Positions 1 through 9,393 of a DNA stretch of 64,000 nucleotides are shown here, one piece after another. Below the pieces are notes generated by a model, which was given only the letters and a program-made list of their open reading frames with translations, did not search any database and was not told where the DNA came from. Every line of letters starts with the position of its first letter. Within the stretch, counting starts at the first letter, position 1. This DNA is from Vulcanimicrobiota bacterium (GTDB lineage: Bacteria; Vulcanimicrobiota; Vulcanimicrobiia; Vulcanimicrobiales; Vulcanimicrobiaceae), in contig PLCF01000014.1 of the NCBI GenBank assembly GCA_003135555.1, forward strand, positions 1 to 64,000. The letters are read 5' to 3'. The position numbers were made by a program, and so were the translations under genes.

Positions 1-1887
1 TTCTTCTACCAGAAGCGCCCGGCGGGTGCGAACACGACGCGGCTCTACACGCGCGCGATCGCCGGCGGGCCCGAACATCTCGTCTTCGATCCCGACCGGT
101 TCGCACGCTCCTCGAAGGAGCACTACACCTTCGACTACTACTCGCCTTCGACCGACGGCCGGTTCGTGGCGGTCGGCACCTCCGAAGGCGGGTCGGAGAA
201 GACGACCCTGCACGTCATCGACGCGAGCACCGGCCGCTTGTTGCCCGACGTGATCGAGCGCGCGATCGCGATCGCACCGTCGTGGCGCGACGACGGGCGA
301 TCGTTCTACTATTTCCGAACGCCCGCGCCGCGCAAAGATCAGCCCGAGCGCGAGAAGGACACCAAGGGTGTGGCGCGGCTGCACGTGCTCGGCCACGACC
401 CCGAGCGCGATCCGGCGATCTTCGGGTACGGCGTGAGCACGCGCATCCCGTTCGCGCCCGAAGACTACGCGGTCGTGAGCGTCTCGCCGCGCTCGCGCTG
501 GGCCGTCGCGGCGATCGCGCACGGCGTGCAGAACGAGATTGCGGTCTATGCCGCGCCCACGCCGGTAGCCGTTGACGGGCATGCGCCCTGGCGTAAGCTC
601 GCCGGCTACGCCGATGAAGTCACCGCCGCCATCGCGGTGGGTGACACGCTCTATCTCAGCTCGCACAAAGGCGCCTCGCGGCATCGCATCCTGGCGCTGG
701 ACCTACGGCCTGCCCTGAGCTCGTCGAAGGGTTCCGGAACCCTGGCGACGGCGCGCGTCGCGGTTCCGGAATCCACGCGCGTCATCGAGGACATCTCGCT
801 CGGCGGCGACGGCATCTATCTGCGCGACCTCGAAGGCGGCATCTCGAAGATACGGCGGCTCGCGCTCAACCGCGACGGCTCGCCCGGCGCGACCGCCGAG
901 GTCGCGCTGCCGTTCGCCGGAGCGAGCGGCGGCATCGCGACCGATCCGATGGTTCCCGGCGCGACCTTCGGGCTGCAGTCGTGGACCGAGTCACCGCGTT
1001 ACTACCGCGCCGGACTCAACATCGCGCTCAGCGACACGGGCTTGCGCCGCAGATCGGACGTTGACTTCTCCGCGATAACCTCGCTCGAGGTCCTCGCGAC
1101 GAGCGCCGACGGCACGAAGGTACCGCTGTCGATCGTGATGCGCAAGGACGCCGCGCTCGACGGGATGCGCCCGACGTGGCTGGACGGGTACGGTGCCTAC
1201 GGCATCGTCATCCGCCCGAGCTTCTCGGCGACGCGACTGGCGTGGCTCGAACGTGGCGCCATCTACGCGGAATGCCATCCGCGTGGGGGCGGCGAGTACG
1301 GCGAGGACTGGCACTTCGGCGCGCACATCGCGACCAAGCAGCGCACGGTCGACGACTACATCGCCTGCGCGCAGTACCTGATCGACCAGAAGTACACCCA
1401 GCCTTCCAAACTGGCTGGGAGCGGCACGAGCGCCGGCGGCGTCACCATCGGCAACGCGATCGTACAGCGCCCGGAGCTGTGGGCGGCGGCGCTCGACGTC
1501 GTCGGCGATACCAACCCGGTGCGCGACGAGTTCGCCGAAGGCGGCCCCGCGAACATTCCCGAGTTCGGTTCGATCGCCAACAAGGTCGGCTGGGACGCGC
1601 TCTACTCCACCGATCCGTACGTGCACGTCCGCGACGGCGTTGCGTACCCGGCCGTGTTGGCGGTCACGGGCGCCAACGACCCACGTGTCGCGCCCTGGAT
1701 CGTGGCGAAGTTCGCCGCCCGGCTCCAAGCTGCGACGGCGAGCGGGAAGCCCGTGCTGCTCCGCGTCGACTTCGACGCGGGACACGGCTATTTGGGCAGC
1801 TCGCGCGCCCAGGCGCAAGCGCTCACGACCGACGAATTCGCGTTTCTGCTGTGGCGGCTGGGCGATCCGGAGTTCGCAACACCTTAG
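1..1887 (+). CDS. Prolyl oligopeptidase family S9 serine peptidase (5' end outside window)
   Basis: The frame is open from base 1 (FFYQKRPAG...). Contains RGGGEYGEDWH, GTSAGG nucleophile, NDPRV Asp and AGHG His motifs. Confidence 0.93.
   Translation, partial: FFYQKRPAGANTTRLYTRAIAGGPEHLVFDPDRFARSSKEHYTFDYYSPSTDGRFVAVGTSEGGSEKTTLHVIDASTGRLLPDVIERAIAIAPSWRDDGRSFYYFRTPAPRKDQPEREKDTKGVARLHVLGHDPERDPAIFGYGVSTRIPFAPEDYAVVSVSPRSRWAVAAIAHGVQNEIAVYAAPTPVAVDGHAPWRKLAGYADEVTAAIAVGDTLYLSSHKGASRHRILALDLRPALSSSKGSGTLATARVAVPESTRVIEDISLGGDGIYLRDLEGGISKIRRLALNRDGSPGATAEVALPFAGASGGIATDPMVPGATFGLQSWTESPRYYRAGLNIALSDTGLRRRSDVDFSAITSLEVLATSADGTKVPLSIVMRKDAALDGMRPTWLDGYGAYGIVIRPSFSATRLAWLERGAIYAECHPRGGGEYGEDWHFGAHIATKQRTVDDYIACAQYLIDQKYTQPSKLAGSGTSAGGVTIGNAIVQRPELWAAALDVVGDTNPVRDEFAEGGPANIPEFGSIANKVGWDALYSTDPYVHVRDGVAYPAVLAVTGANDPRVAPWIVAKFAARLQAATASGKPVLLRVDFDAGHGYLGSSRAQAQALTTDEFAFLLWRLGDPEFATP
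708..731 (+). repeat. 24-nt REP-like element inserted in frame (copy 1)
   Basis: gcctgccctgagctcgtcgaaggg is 21/24 identical to 26124-26147 and encodes most of RPALSSSKG. Confidence 0.7.
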
Positions 1888-3323
1888 CGGCTGGGCGTCT
1901 CGAAGCGGATGACGCCGCGGGCGTAGTCGACAACGAGGGTGTAGCGGCGCAGCACGCGTACGCCGATGTTCGCGGCGATGGTCGGGTTCGCTTCGGCGCC
2001 GGCGAGCGCGTCGGTGAGCAGCAACGGGACGTCCGCGATGCGGAGCGCCCCCAGCCGCAGCTCCTCACCGCGCGCGAAGTAGGCGCGGACCGGTCCGCCG
2101 ACACCGGCGATGGGAAAGTCGGACGTGACGGCGTGGTAGTGCGTGCGCAGGTCGTGCGCCAGCACGAACGGTGCGTTCACGTCGACCCCGCTCTCGCTTC
2201 CGGTGTCGATCGTCATGACGCCCGGTACGCCGTCGAGGGCACCGTCGATCTGCGGCTGTCGATCGTCGAAGACGAACGGCACCTCGACGCCGGCCCCGGC
2301 GAACGCGCGACCGTCCGTAGCCAGCTCGTACCGTTCGTGCTCGAAGTCCAAGTTCAGCGCGAAGCGGGCGAGCAGCTCGTAACCGACGATGCCGTCGAAC
2401 GGTGCGGCCTTGCCGAGGTCGAGCACGACGAACGGTTGGTCGCGCATGATCGCAGGCCCGACGGCGACGCTGCGCGCCGTCGCATACCGAACGCCGGCCA
2501 AGCCCGCTCCGGCGCCGCCGACGGCACCGTTGCCGACGACCTGCAACCCCGCGCGGCGCGCCGCGTCGGGCGTGATCACGTCTTGGCCGCCGGTATCGAG
2601 CAGAAACCGCATCGGCTCACCGCCGTTGACCGATACGGCGACCACCGGGACCGCGAACGGCGACATCAGGCGACCGCCGAGCGTGCCCGTCAGCGCGAAG
2701 TCGTGCGGCGGCGCGGGCGGCGCAAAGGTGCCCGCTGCGACTGCGGCCGGCGTCTCGACGCTGCGCACGCGCGCTTCCCACGTACCGCTGTCCGACGTAT
2801 CCGCGATCGTCGAGGGGACGACGAACTCGCGCACCGCACGATAGCCGGCAAATGTCGTGCGCTCGGTCGTCTGGCCGACGTGCTGCACGACCGCGGTCAC
2901 GTTTGCGGTGGCCGAGTCGACCGCGATCTCCGGCGTTCGCGAGCCGCAGCCGCAGGGCTGTGCGCGCGGCGCGAGCAGGCGCGACCAGACCAGGATGGTG
3001 CCGCGTTCGTCGACATTGCCTTGGAGGCGCGGCATCCCGGTGGCGTCGGCGCGCCACGCGTGCGTGCCGTCCCAGCCCTCGCGCTCCGAGACCGGACCGG
3101 CGTCAAAGCGCCGCACGAACGATCCGCTCGCGCGGTCGACAACGATCTCCCCGCGCCCGGGGATGCCGTACGCCGTGACGTCGAGCCGCAAACGCACGTA
3201 GCGCGCAGCGTTGGGGCCACGCGCCCGAATGACGGATGCGCGGGATAGTTCAGGAACCGCGCTCGCGTGTGAGGGAGGGGCGTGGAGTACGAGCGCGGCC
3301 GTGACGGCCATCAGGAGCGTCAC
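1884..3323 (-). CDS. Secreted aspartyl protease with two retropepsin-like domains
   Basis: Signal-peptide-like N-terminus; FLLDTGG and MTIDTGS motifs; DGIVG and ANIG motifs. Confidence 0.82.
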   Translation of the reverse strand: MTLLMAVTAALVLHAPPSHASAVPELSRASVIRARGPNAARYVRLRLDVTAYGIPGRGEIVVDRASGSFVRRFDAGPVSEREGWDGTHAWRADATGMPRLQGNVDERGTILVWSRLLAPRAQPCGCGSRTPEIAVDSATANVTAVVQHVGQTTERTTFAGYRAVREFVVPSTIADTSDSGTWEARVRSVETPAAVAAGTFAPPAPPHDFALTGTLGGRLMSPFAVPVVAVSVNGGEPMRFLLDTGGQDVITPDAARRAGLQVVGNGAVGGAGAGLAGVRYATARSVAVGPAIMRDQPFVVLDLGKAAPFDGIVGYELLARFALNLDFEHERYELATDGRAFAGAGVEVPFVFDDRQPQIDGALDGVPGVMTIDTGSESGVDVNAPFVLAHDLRTHYHAVTSDFPIAGVGGPVRAYFARGEELRLGALRIADVPLLLTDALAGAEANPTIAANIGVRVLRRYTLVVDYARGVIRFETPSR

Positions 3324-3347
3324 GGCTGCGCGCTTAGGCGAACCGGC

Positions 3348-4589
3348 TCAGCGTCCCCGCCGTCTTTTGTCGGAGCGAGCGCCGCCGTTGAAACTGGGCG
3401 CGTTGCGCGCCGGTGTGAAGCGCGGCCGATCCGCGGGGAGGGCACGCGCCGCCGCGGGCTCGGGCAGCGTGGGGACTTGCGTGCGGTCGATCCGGCGGCC
3501 GACGGCCTTCTCGATGTCGCGGAACAGACGCTCTTCTTCGTGCGAGACGAAGGTGATCGCGTCGCCGGTCTGCTCGGCCCGCGCCGTGCGGCCGACGCGG
3601 TGGACGTAGTCCTCGGGAACCATCGGGACGTCGTAGTTGACGACGTGGCCGAGGTCGACGATGTCGATCCCACGCGCCGCAACGTCGGTCGCGACCAGCA
3701 CGCGGACCTTGCCGCGCTTGAAGTCGGCCAGCGCGCGGGTGCGCTGGGCTTGCGAGCGGTCACCGTGGATGCGTTCCGCCGGGACGTTGTGCTTCTCGAG
3801 CGCGAGCGCCAGCCGGTTGGCGCGCGCCTTGGTCCGGGTGAAGGCAAGTGCGCTATAGATGTTGTTGTCCTTGAGCAGCTCGACGAGCAGATCGGTCTTG
3901 CTCTGCTGCGCCACGGTGTACGCGGTGTGCGTGATCCCGGCGGCGGTCGTCGAATTGCTGTGCGGGACGATCTCGATCCGTACCGGATCGTGCAGCAGAT
4001 CGCGGGTCAGCTTGAGCACTTCGGGCGCGATCGTCGCCGAGAACAATAGGGTTTGGCGCCGCGCCGGGATCTTCGCTACGATGCGTTTGACCGCAGGCAA
4101 GAAGCCCATGTCGAGCATACGATCGGCCTCGTCGAGGACCAACAGCGAGACATCGTCGAGGCGTGCCGCGCCCTGGCCCATGAGGTCCATGAGCCGGCCC
4201 GGCGTCGCAACGATGATCTCGGTACCGCGCGCGAACGCGGCGATCTGTCCGCCGAAGCCGACCCCGCCGTAGATCGCGGCGACGCGCAGGTTGGTGCCCC
4301 GCCCCAGCGCCGCGAAGTGCGCGGCGATCTGCGCTGCCAGCTCGCGCGTGGGCGCGAGGATCAGCGCGTGGGTCTTCTTGCGAGGGAGCCCGGCGAGCTT
4401 CTCGAGGATGGGCAACGCGAACGCTGCCGTCTTGCCGGTGCCCGTCTGGGCGCTGGCGAGGACGTCCTTGCCCTGCAGCGCCGGCGGGATCGCGGCGGCT
4501 TGAACGGGGGTCGGGACGCTGAAGCCGAGCTCGCGCACGGCTCGAAGGGACGCCGGGCTGAGGCCCAGCGCATCAAAATTCGGTTGCAT
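3348..4589 (-). CDS. DEAD-box RNA helicase (RhlE-like)
   Basis: Q motif, AQTGTGKT, PTRELA, TPGRL, DEAD, SAT and HRVGRTAR. Start placed at MQPNF (ATG 4589). Confidence 0.95.
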   Translation of the reverse strand: MQPNFDALGLSPASLRAVRELGFSVPTPVQAAAIPPALQGKDVLASAQTGTGKTAAFALPILEKLAGLPRKKTHALILAPTRELAAQIAAHFAALGRGTNLRVAAIYGGVGFGGQIAAFARGTEIIVATPGRLMDLMGQGAARLDDVSLLVLDEADRMLDMGFLPAVKRIVAKIPARRQTLLFSATIAPEVLKLTRDLLHDPVRIEIVPHSNSTTAAGITHTAYTVAQQSKTDLLVELLKDNNIYSALAFTRTKARANRLALALEKHNVPAERIHGDRSQAQRTRALADFKRGKVRVLVATDVAARGIDIVDLGHVVNYDVPMVPEDYVHRVGRTARAEQTGDAITFVSHEEERLFRDIEKAVGRRIDRTQVPTLPEPAAARALPADRPRFTPARNAPSFNGGARSDKRRRGR

Positions 4590-4738
4590 CGATTCTTTCG
4601 AAAGCGAGGCGCGAGGTCGATCGTCGTTTCGAAAGATCGCGCAAGGTGGTGGCCACCCGAAGGTGACTTTGTCAGCAAGCGGACGCGGTGCGCCCACGGG
4701 CGACACGTCACTATATCACATTCGGGCCCCGAATCGAA
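4590..4738 (-). promoter_or_regulatory. Extended -10 promoter and structured 5' leader of the helicase
   Basis: Minus strand shows TG-A-TATAGT (-10 at 4710-4715), a cUUCGg hairpin at 4652-4667, and a 10-bp inverted repeat (4594-4603 / 4627-4636) covering the RBS region. Confidence 0.55.
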
Positions 4739-4760
4739 CGGACGTTTGTCGCCCGAGCGA

Positions 4761-6875
4761 TCAGACCGCGGTGAGCTCCACCGCACAGGACGACTCGCAC
4801 GGGCTCCCGCGGGCCCGTTCCAGCTGGCTCAGCAGGGCCTCGAGCACCATGGGCCGGCCGATGACGAAACCCTGAACCTCGTCGCAGCCCATCGCCGAAA
4901 TCCGGTCGAACTGGGCGTCGGTTTCGACGCCCTCGGCGACCACCACCAGACCGAGCGCCTTCCCGACGGCGAGGATCGAGCCGACGATCGCTTGATCGTA
5001 CCGGTCCTCGATGACGCCTCGCACGAAGGTCCGGTCGATCTTGAGCGCGGTGATCGGCAGCCGCTTCAAGTAGGCCAGCGAGCTGTAGCCGATACCGAAG
5101 TCGTCGAGCGCGACCTCGACGCCCAGCGCGAAGAGCCGCCGCAACACGGGCAGCACGCTGTCGTCGAGCGAGACGGTTTCGGTGATCTCGATCCTCAACG
5201 CGCCCGGCGGGATGCCGTGGCGGTCCAACGCTTCGGCGACCGCGTCGGGTAGGTCCGACTCGCACAGATCCCGCGTCGAGAGGTTGATCGCGATGCGAAA
5301 CTCGGGGAGGATCTCGCGCATCCGCGCCGCCGCCGCGCAGGCCTCGCCAAGCACCCAGCGGTCGATGCCGATGATCGCTCCGGTCTGTTCGGCGAGGGGA
5401 ATGAAGGCATCGGGTGCGATGATACCCTGCGTCGGATGCCGCCAGCGCACCAGCGCCTCGCACCCGACGAGTTCCTTCGTTGCCGCCTTGACGATGGGCT
5501 GGAATCGGAGTAGGAGCTCGCCGCGCTCGGCCGCATGGCGAAGATGGCTCTCCAGCGACAGACGGTCGATGTCGCTGCGTTCCATCGAAGGATCGAACAG
5601 CGCCAAGCGGTTGCCGCCCATGTGCTTGGCGCGGTACATCGCGACATCGGCGCGCGACACGACGTCGTCGCCGTTGCGGCCGTCGTCGGGGAACATCGCG
5701 ACGCCGATGCTGGCGGTGACCCCGATCTCGCGTCCGCGGACGAGCATCGGCTCGTCGAGGACGCGCAGCAATCGCTGCGCGACGGCTCGCACCTCGTCCG
5801 CGTCGCGGACACCGGGAAGCAGGACGATGAACTCATCGCCGCCCGGACGCGCAACCGTGTCGATGCCCCGAACCGTGTTACCCAGCCGCGTTGCGACCTC
5901 GCGCAGGACCTCGTCTCCAACATGGTGGCCCAGCGTGTCGTTCACGTTCTTGAAGCGATCGAGATCGACGAAGAGCACTGCGAAGCGGCGCCCACCCAGC
6001 TCGGCCTCAGCGACCGTCTCGCTCAGGCGCTGCTCGAGCGCGAGTCGATTCGGCAGGCCGGTCAACCGGTCGCGGTGCGCAGCCTCGAAGAGCAACTGCT
6101 GCGCGCGCTTGAGCTCGGAGATGTCGATCGAGATGCCGACCGTCCCGACCACGTTGCGATCGACGTCGGCTACCGGTTCGATGTGGTGGCGCAGCCAGCG
6201 CTCAGACCGCGAACTCTCCACCCGTGCCGCGGTGCCGGCGAAGACGCCGTCGAGCACGTCGGGATCGACGAAGACCTCCGACGACCTGGCGATCATGGCA
6301 TCCGCCGAGAGCCCGAGCTCGTCGAGCGCACCGCCCGAAACCGTCGTGAAGCGGCCCTCCCGATCGGTCGTCCACAACACTGCGTCGACGTGTTGCGTCA
6401 CCAGCCGCAAGCGCTTCTCGCTCTCCTGTAACCGCAACTCCGCGCGCGTGCGTTCGCTGACGTCGCGCAACGAGATCAAACTTTCCGCCGCCGCCGCATG
6501 GATGCGGATCTCGACCCAGGTTCGGGTCGCCGGGAAGGCTTGGGTTCGCGGCACCGCCGCGCCGGCTTGCCGGGCCACCCGGATCTCGGGGACGAGTTCC
6601 GAGGCGAGGGGATCGACGATCGCCTCGAGTCGTTGGCCCACCAGCGTGTCGGCGGTCCGCCGCAGCAGCCGCTCCGCCTCCCCGTTGACGTGCGTGATGC
6701 GCAGGTCGTGGTCGACGAAGTAGATCCCGTCGCCGACTGCCTCGAGGACATTGAACTTCTTCTCGTTCGCCTCCGCCGCTTGCCGCCGAAAGCGCAAGGC
6801 GGCTCCGGCAAGCACCGTCGCTACGATGCTTGCCAAAACCGCGACCACCAAGCCGGCGGCGAGCATGGCTGTCAT
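4761..6875 (-). CDS. Membrane-anchored PAS-PAS-GGDEF-EAL c-di-GMP enzyme
   Basis: N-terminal TM helix; PAS-like segments; DLDRFK, RGID I-site, GGDEF, EALVRW and DDFGIGYSSL motifs. Confidence 0.93.
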   Translation of the reverse strand: MTAMLAAGLVVAVLASIVATVLAGAALRFRRQAAEANEKKFNVLEAVGDGIYFVDHDLRITHVNGEAERLLRRTADTLVGQRLEAIVDPLASELVPEIRVARQAGAAVPRTQAFPATRTWVEIRIHAAAAESLISLRDVSERTRAELRLQESEKRLRLVTQHVDAVLWTTDREGRFTTVSGGALDELGLSADAMIARSSEVFVDPDVLDGVFAGTAARVESSRSERWLRHHIEPVADVDRNVVGTVGISIDISELKRAQQLLFEAAHRDRLTGLPNRLALEQRLSETVAEAELGGRRFAVLFVDLDRFKNVNDTLGHHVGDEVLREVATRLGNTVRGIDTVARPGGDEFIVLLPGVRDADEVRAVAQRLLRVLDEPMLVRGREIGVTASIGVAMFPDDGRNGDDVVSRADVAMYRAKHMGGNRLALFDPSMERSDIDRLSLESHLRHAAERGELLLRFQPIVKAATKELVGCEALVRWRHPTQGIIAPDAFIPLAEQTGAIIGIDRWVLGEACAAAARMREILPEFRIAINLSTRDLCESDLPDAVAEALDRHGIPPGALRIEITETVSLDDSVLPVLRRLFALGVEVALDDFGIGYSSLAYLKRLPITALKIDRTFVRGVIEDRYDQAIVGSILAVGKALGLVVVAEGVETDAQFDRISAMGCDEVQGFVIGRPMVLEALLSQLERARGSPCESSCAVELTAV

Positions 6876-8419
6876 GCCAGGCTCCGCCGCCGCGCTTCCT
6901 GGAGCAACGCCGCCCGCGAGGCGACGCCGAACGCGGTGCAGATCAGTTCGATCTGACGCTCCACCGTGTACACGCTGCGACTGAACCTCCGTGACAGTTC
7001 AGGCGCATCGGCCCCCGCCCATACCGCACGCGCAAGCTGCCGCTGAAGCGGCGAGAGTTGCGCCGGCATGGCGTCCTCCCGCGCGACGGCGTCCTGTGCC
7101 ATCGTCGCGAGCGGACAGTCCGGATACGAATTGGCATGGCGCGCACCCACGTCACGCCACCGGCTCTCGCCGGTGAGCTCTGCCAAGGCCGCCGCGGTCA
7201 GCGTCGCCCGAAAGTGGAACGACGACACCGCGAAGATCTCATACGCCGCTTGCAGCGCGGCTATTGCCGCGTCACGTCGCCCGAGCGTCTGATCGATGCG
7301 GCCCTCCGCATAACGAGCATGCGCTATGGCGCGGCGGTCGGAGTGCAGCGCCAGCGCGGGATCGACGTTTTCGGTCCCGACCTGTGAATACATCGCTGCA
7401 TACCGTTGGGCCCGCGGCGCATCCGTGGCCGCGTGCAGGACTGCGAGCATCACGAGCAGCTGACGTTCCTCACCGAACGTCGACTCCCAGCGAATCTCGT
7501 AGGCTAGAGCGTCCGCCTGCGCCAGTTCCTCGGCCGCCCAGAACTCGTTTCCGGACATCCGAGCGACGTACGCCCGATCGGCGTGCGTCATGACGCGGGA
7601 CGTGGCGTTCCGAGCGAGCGCGCGCGCATCCTTGAACGTCCACTGCGCCTCGGCGGCCCGTCCTCGCATGAAGGCGTCCCACCCGAAGGCGCGGACCGTC
7701 ATGAAGTGCGAGACGTGGAGGTCGGGAGTCCAAGCGATCGCCTCGGACGCGCGGCGTGCCGCGGCCATCGCTTCGCCGTCGGCGGTCTCGAACGCAACTT
7801 GTGTCAACGCATGCGTTGATGCGGCTAGCGTGGCGACATCGACCGGTTCGGCTGTCGGCATCGTCGCGTATTCGACCGCCCGTCGAAGGTCCGCGATGTG
7901 CGCGCGATAGTCTTCCTTGCCCGCGTGCAGCCAAGCCCGATAGGCGTAGGCGGCAGACGCGATGCTCGGATCGGGATGAGCGATGGCAAGCGCGACTTCG
8001 GGCGCGGTGGGGTCGCACTCGCGACGGAACCAACGCATCCGGAGGTCGTGATAGGCCATCGTGTGCACGCCGTCGGGCACCGCCCCCATGAGGGCGCGTG
8101 CTTCGGCGTAGCGGGTTTCGGCCCGGGTGAAGTTGCGCACTGCGGCGTGCGCCTTGCCGAGTTGGATCGCGAAGTTGAACCGGCCGGCCGGCGACGAGGG
8201 GACGTCGTTGACCGACGCTAGGTAGCTGAGCGCGGCGACGGCATCACGCCGGCCGATCGCCTCAGCCTTGAGGACGACCGCGTCTTCGACGACGTCACTC
8301 GGCCAGTCCTCACAGTGATCTAGCAATTCTAGGGCTGCGTCGTACAGTGCTGATCGCAGTGCAACGCGAGCGTTGCGAAGTGAATCAGCGACGGACACAC
8401 AGCCCGTCGTGTTCGACAT
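6872..8419 (-). CDS. Helical/TPR-like protein with C-terminal LuxR-type HTH
   Basis: Start placed at MSNTTG (ATG 8419). The C-terminus LSPLQRQLARAVWAG...SVYTVERQIELICTAFGVASRAALL resembles a LuxR HTH. ATGA overlap with the downstream gene. Confidence 0.6.
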   Translation of the reverse strand: MSNTTGCVSVADSLRNARVALRSALYDAALELLDHCEDWPSDVVEDAVVLKAEAIGRRDAVAALSYLASVNDVPSSPAGRFNFAIQLGKAHAAVRNFTRAETRYAEARALMGAVPDGVHTMAYHDLRMRWFRRECDPTAPEVALAIAHPDPSIASAAYAYRAWLHAGKEDYRAHIADLRRAVEYATMPTAEPVDVATLAASTHALTQVAFETADGEAMAAARRASEAIAWTPDLHVSHFMTVRAFGWDAFMRGRAAEAQWTFKDARALARNATSRVMTHADRAYVARMSGNEFWAAEELAQADALAYEIRWESTFGEERQLLVMLAVLHAATDAPRAQRYAAMYSQVGTENVDPALALHSDRRAIAHARYAEGRIDQTLGRRDAAIAALQAAYEIFAVSSFHFRATLTAAALAELTGESRWRDVGARHANSYPDCPLATMAQDAVAREDAMPAQLSPLQRQLARAVWAGADAPELSRRFSRSVYTVERQIELICTAFGVASRAALLQEARRRSLA

Positions 8420-8433
8420 CTTCGTAACCTGCT

Positions 8434-9393
8434 TCAGTCGCTCAGCGATCCGAGATTGATCTGACTGTTCGGCCCGACGACGACGTAACGCGACGCAGCG
8501 GCACCGGCATCCGCTCCGGATGCAGTGACCGTCACGCCGGCGGCAGTCGTGTACGAGTTGGCGATGCTCACGGTATAGCCGCCTGGATTGATCCCGCGGA
8601 TGTGGAACGATCCGTCGGCTGCGGTGAGCGCGGTGTTGGCAACGTTGCCGTTGGCATCGGTAGCGATGACGGTCGCGTTGGCGACCGCGGCACCGCTGCT
8701 GTTGGCGACGGTCCCGCCGATCGTGGGTTGGCCGAGGCCGCCCGCGACGGTCGGCGTCAGGTAGACGACACCGTTGCTGAGGTTGGCCGATTGGAAGACG
8801 TTGAAGTCCAGCGTCGCCGTGATCGAGTCGCCGGCATTGCCGGTCACGCTGAGCGGAATCGAGACGGCTTCGATCGTCTGCGTCGGATCCCACCAGGGAT
8901 GGTTCGGGTCGACGATCTGCACCGGGTACGACTGACCGTTGTAGGTCACGCTGGTCGTGCCCGGGTCGAGCAGCAGCTGCATCGACGGGTAGGTACCCGC
9001 CGGCAGATCGCCCGAGCCGAGGTTGAGGGACGTCTCCTGAAGCGCGAGGAGGTTCACGACCTCCGCCTTGTCGCTGCCGACGAGCTGCCAGGAGTCGCCG
9101 TTCCCGTCGATCACATCGACGCCCAGGATACCGGCGTTGAACTGCGAGTTCGCGGCGGTGGCCCCGATGAGCGGCGCGTCGAAGAGGTCGAGCGCGAACT
9201 GGAACGACGGGGCGCCCCCGAGCACGTCCAAGGGCCGGCGGCCTTTCTGGGCCGTCGCCTTCTGGAGATGGCGGACGTGCTTTTGGACGCTCTGCGTCGA
9301 GGTGGCAGGAAGCGCATGCGATCCGCTATTCGGAGCGCTGCATGCGGGGAGCGCGACCGTCATAAGGATCGCGAGAGAGAGAAAACGTTTCAT
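8434..9393 (-). CDS. Lipoprotein, DUF4382-like plus carboxypeptidase-regulatory-like domain
   Basis: Lipobox LPAC; DAP, VNLLALQ, LPAGTY and LDFNV pattern; C-terminal GTVANSSG...TAADGSFHI...PGGYTV; RBS gggag upstream. Confidence 0.65.
   Translation of the reverse strand: MKRFLSLAILMTVALPACSAPNSGSHALPATSTQSVQKHVRHLQKATAQKGRRPLDVLGGAPSFQFALDLFDAPLIGATAANSQFNAGILGVDVIDGNGDSWQLVGSDKAEVVNLLALQETSLNLGSGDLPAGTYPSMQLLLDPGTTSVTYNGQSYPVQIVDPNHPWWDPTQTIEAVSIPLSVTGNAGDSITATLDFNVFQSANLSNGVVYLTPTVAGGLGQPTIGGTVANSSGAAVANATVIATDANGNVANTALTAADGSFHIRGINPGGYTVSIANSYTTAAGVTVTASGADAGAAASRYVVVGPNSQINLGSLSD

Noticed and set aside
5585..5599. tcgaaggatcgaaca shared with the flank of the 24-nt element at 26140
   Set aside because: It lacks the cctgagc half and is explained by both genes encoding FDPS.
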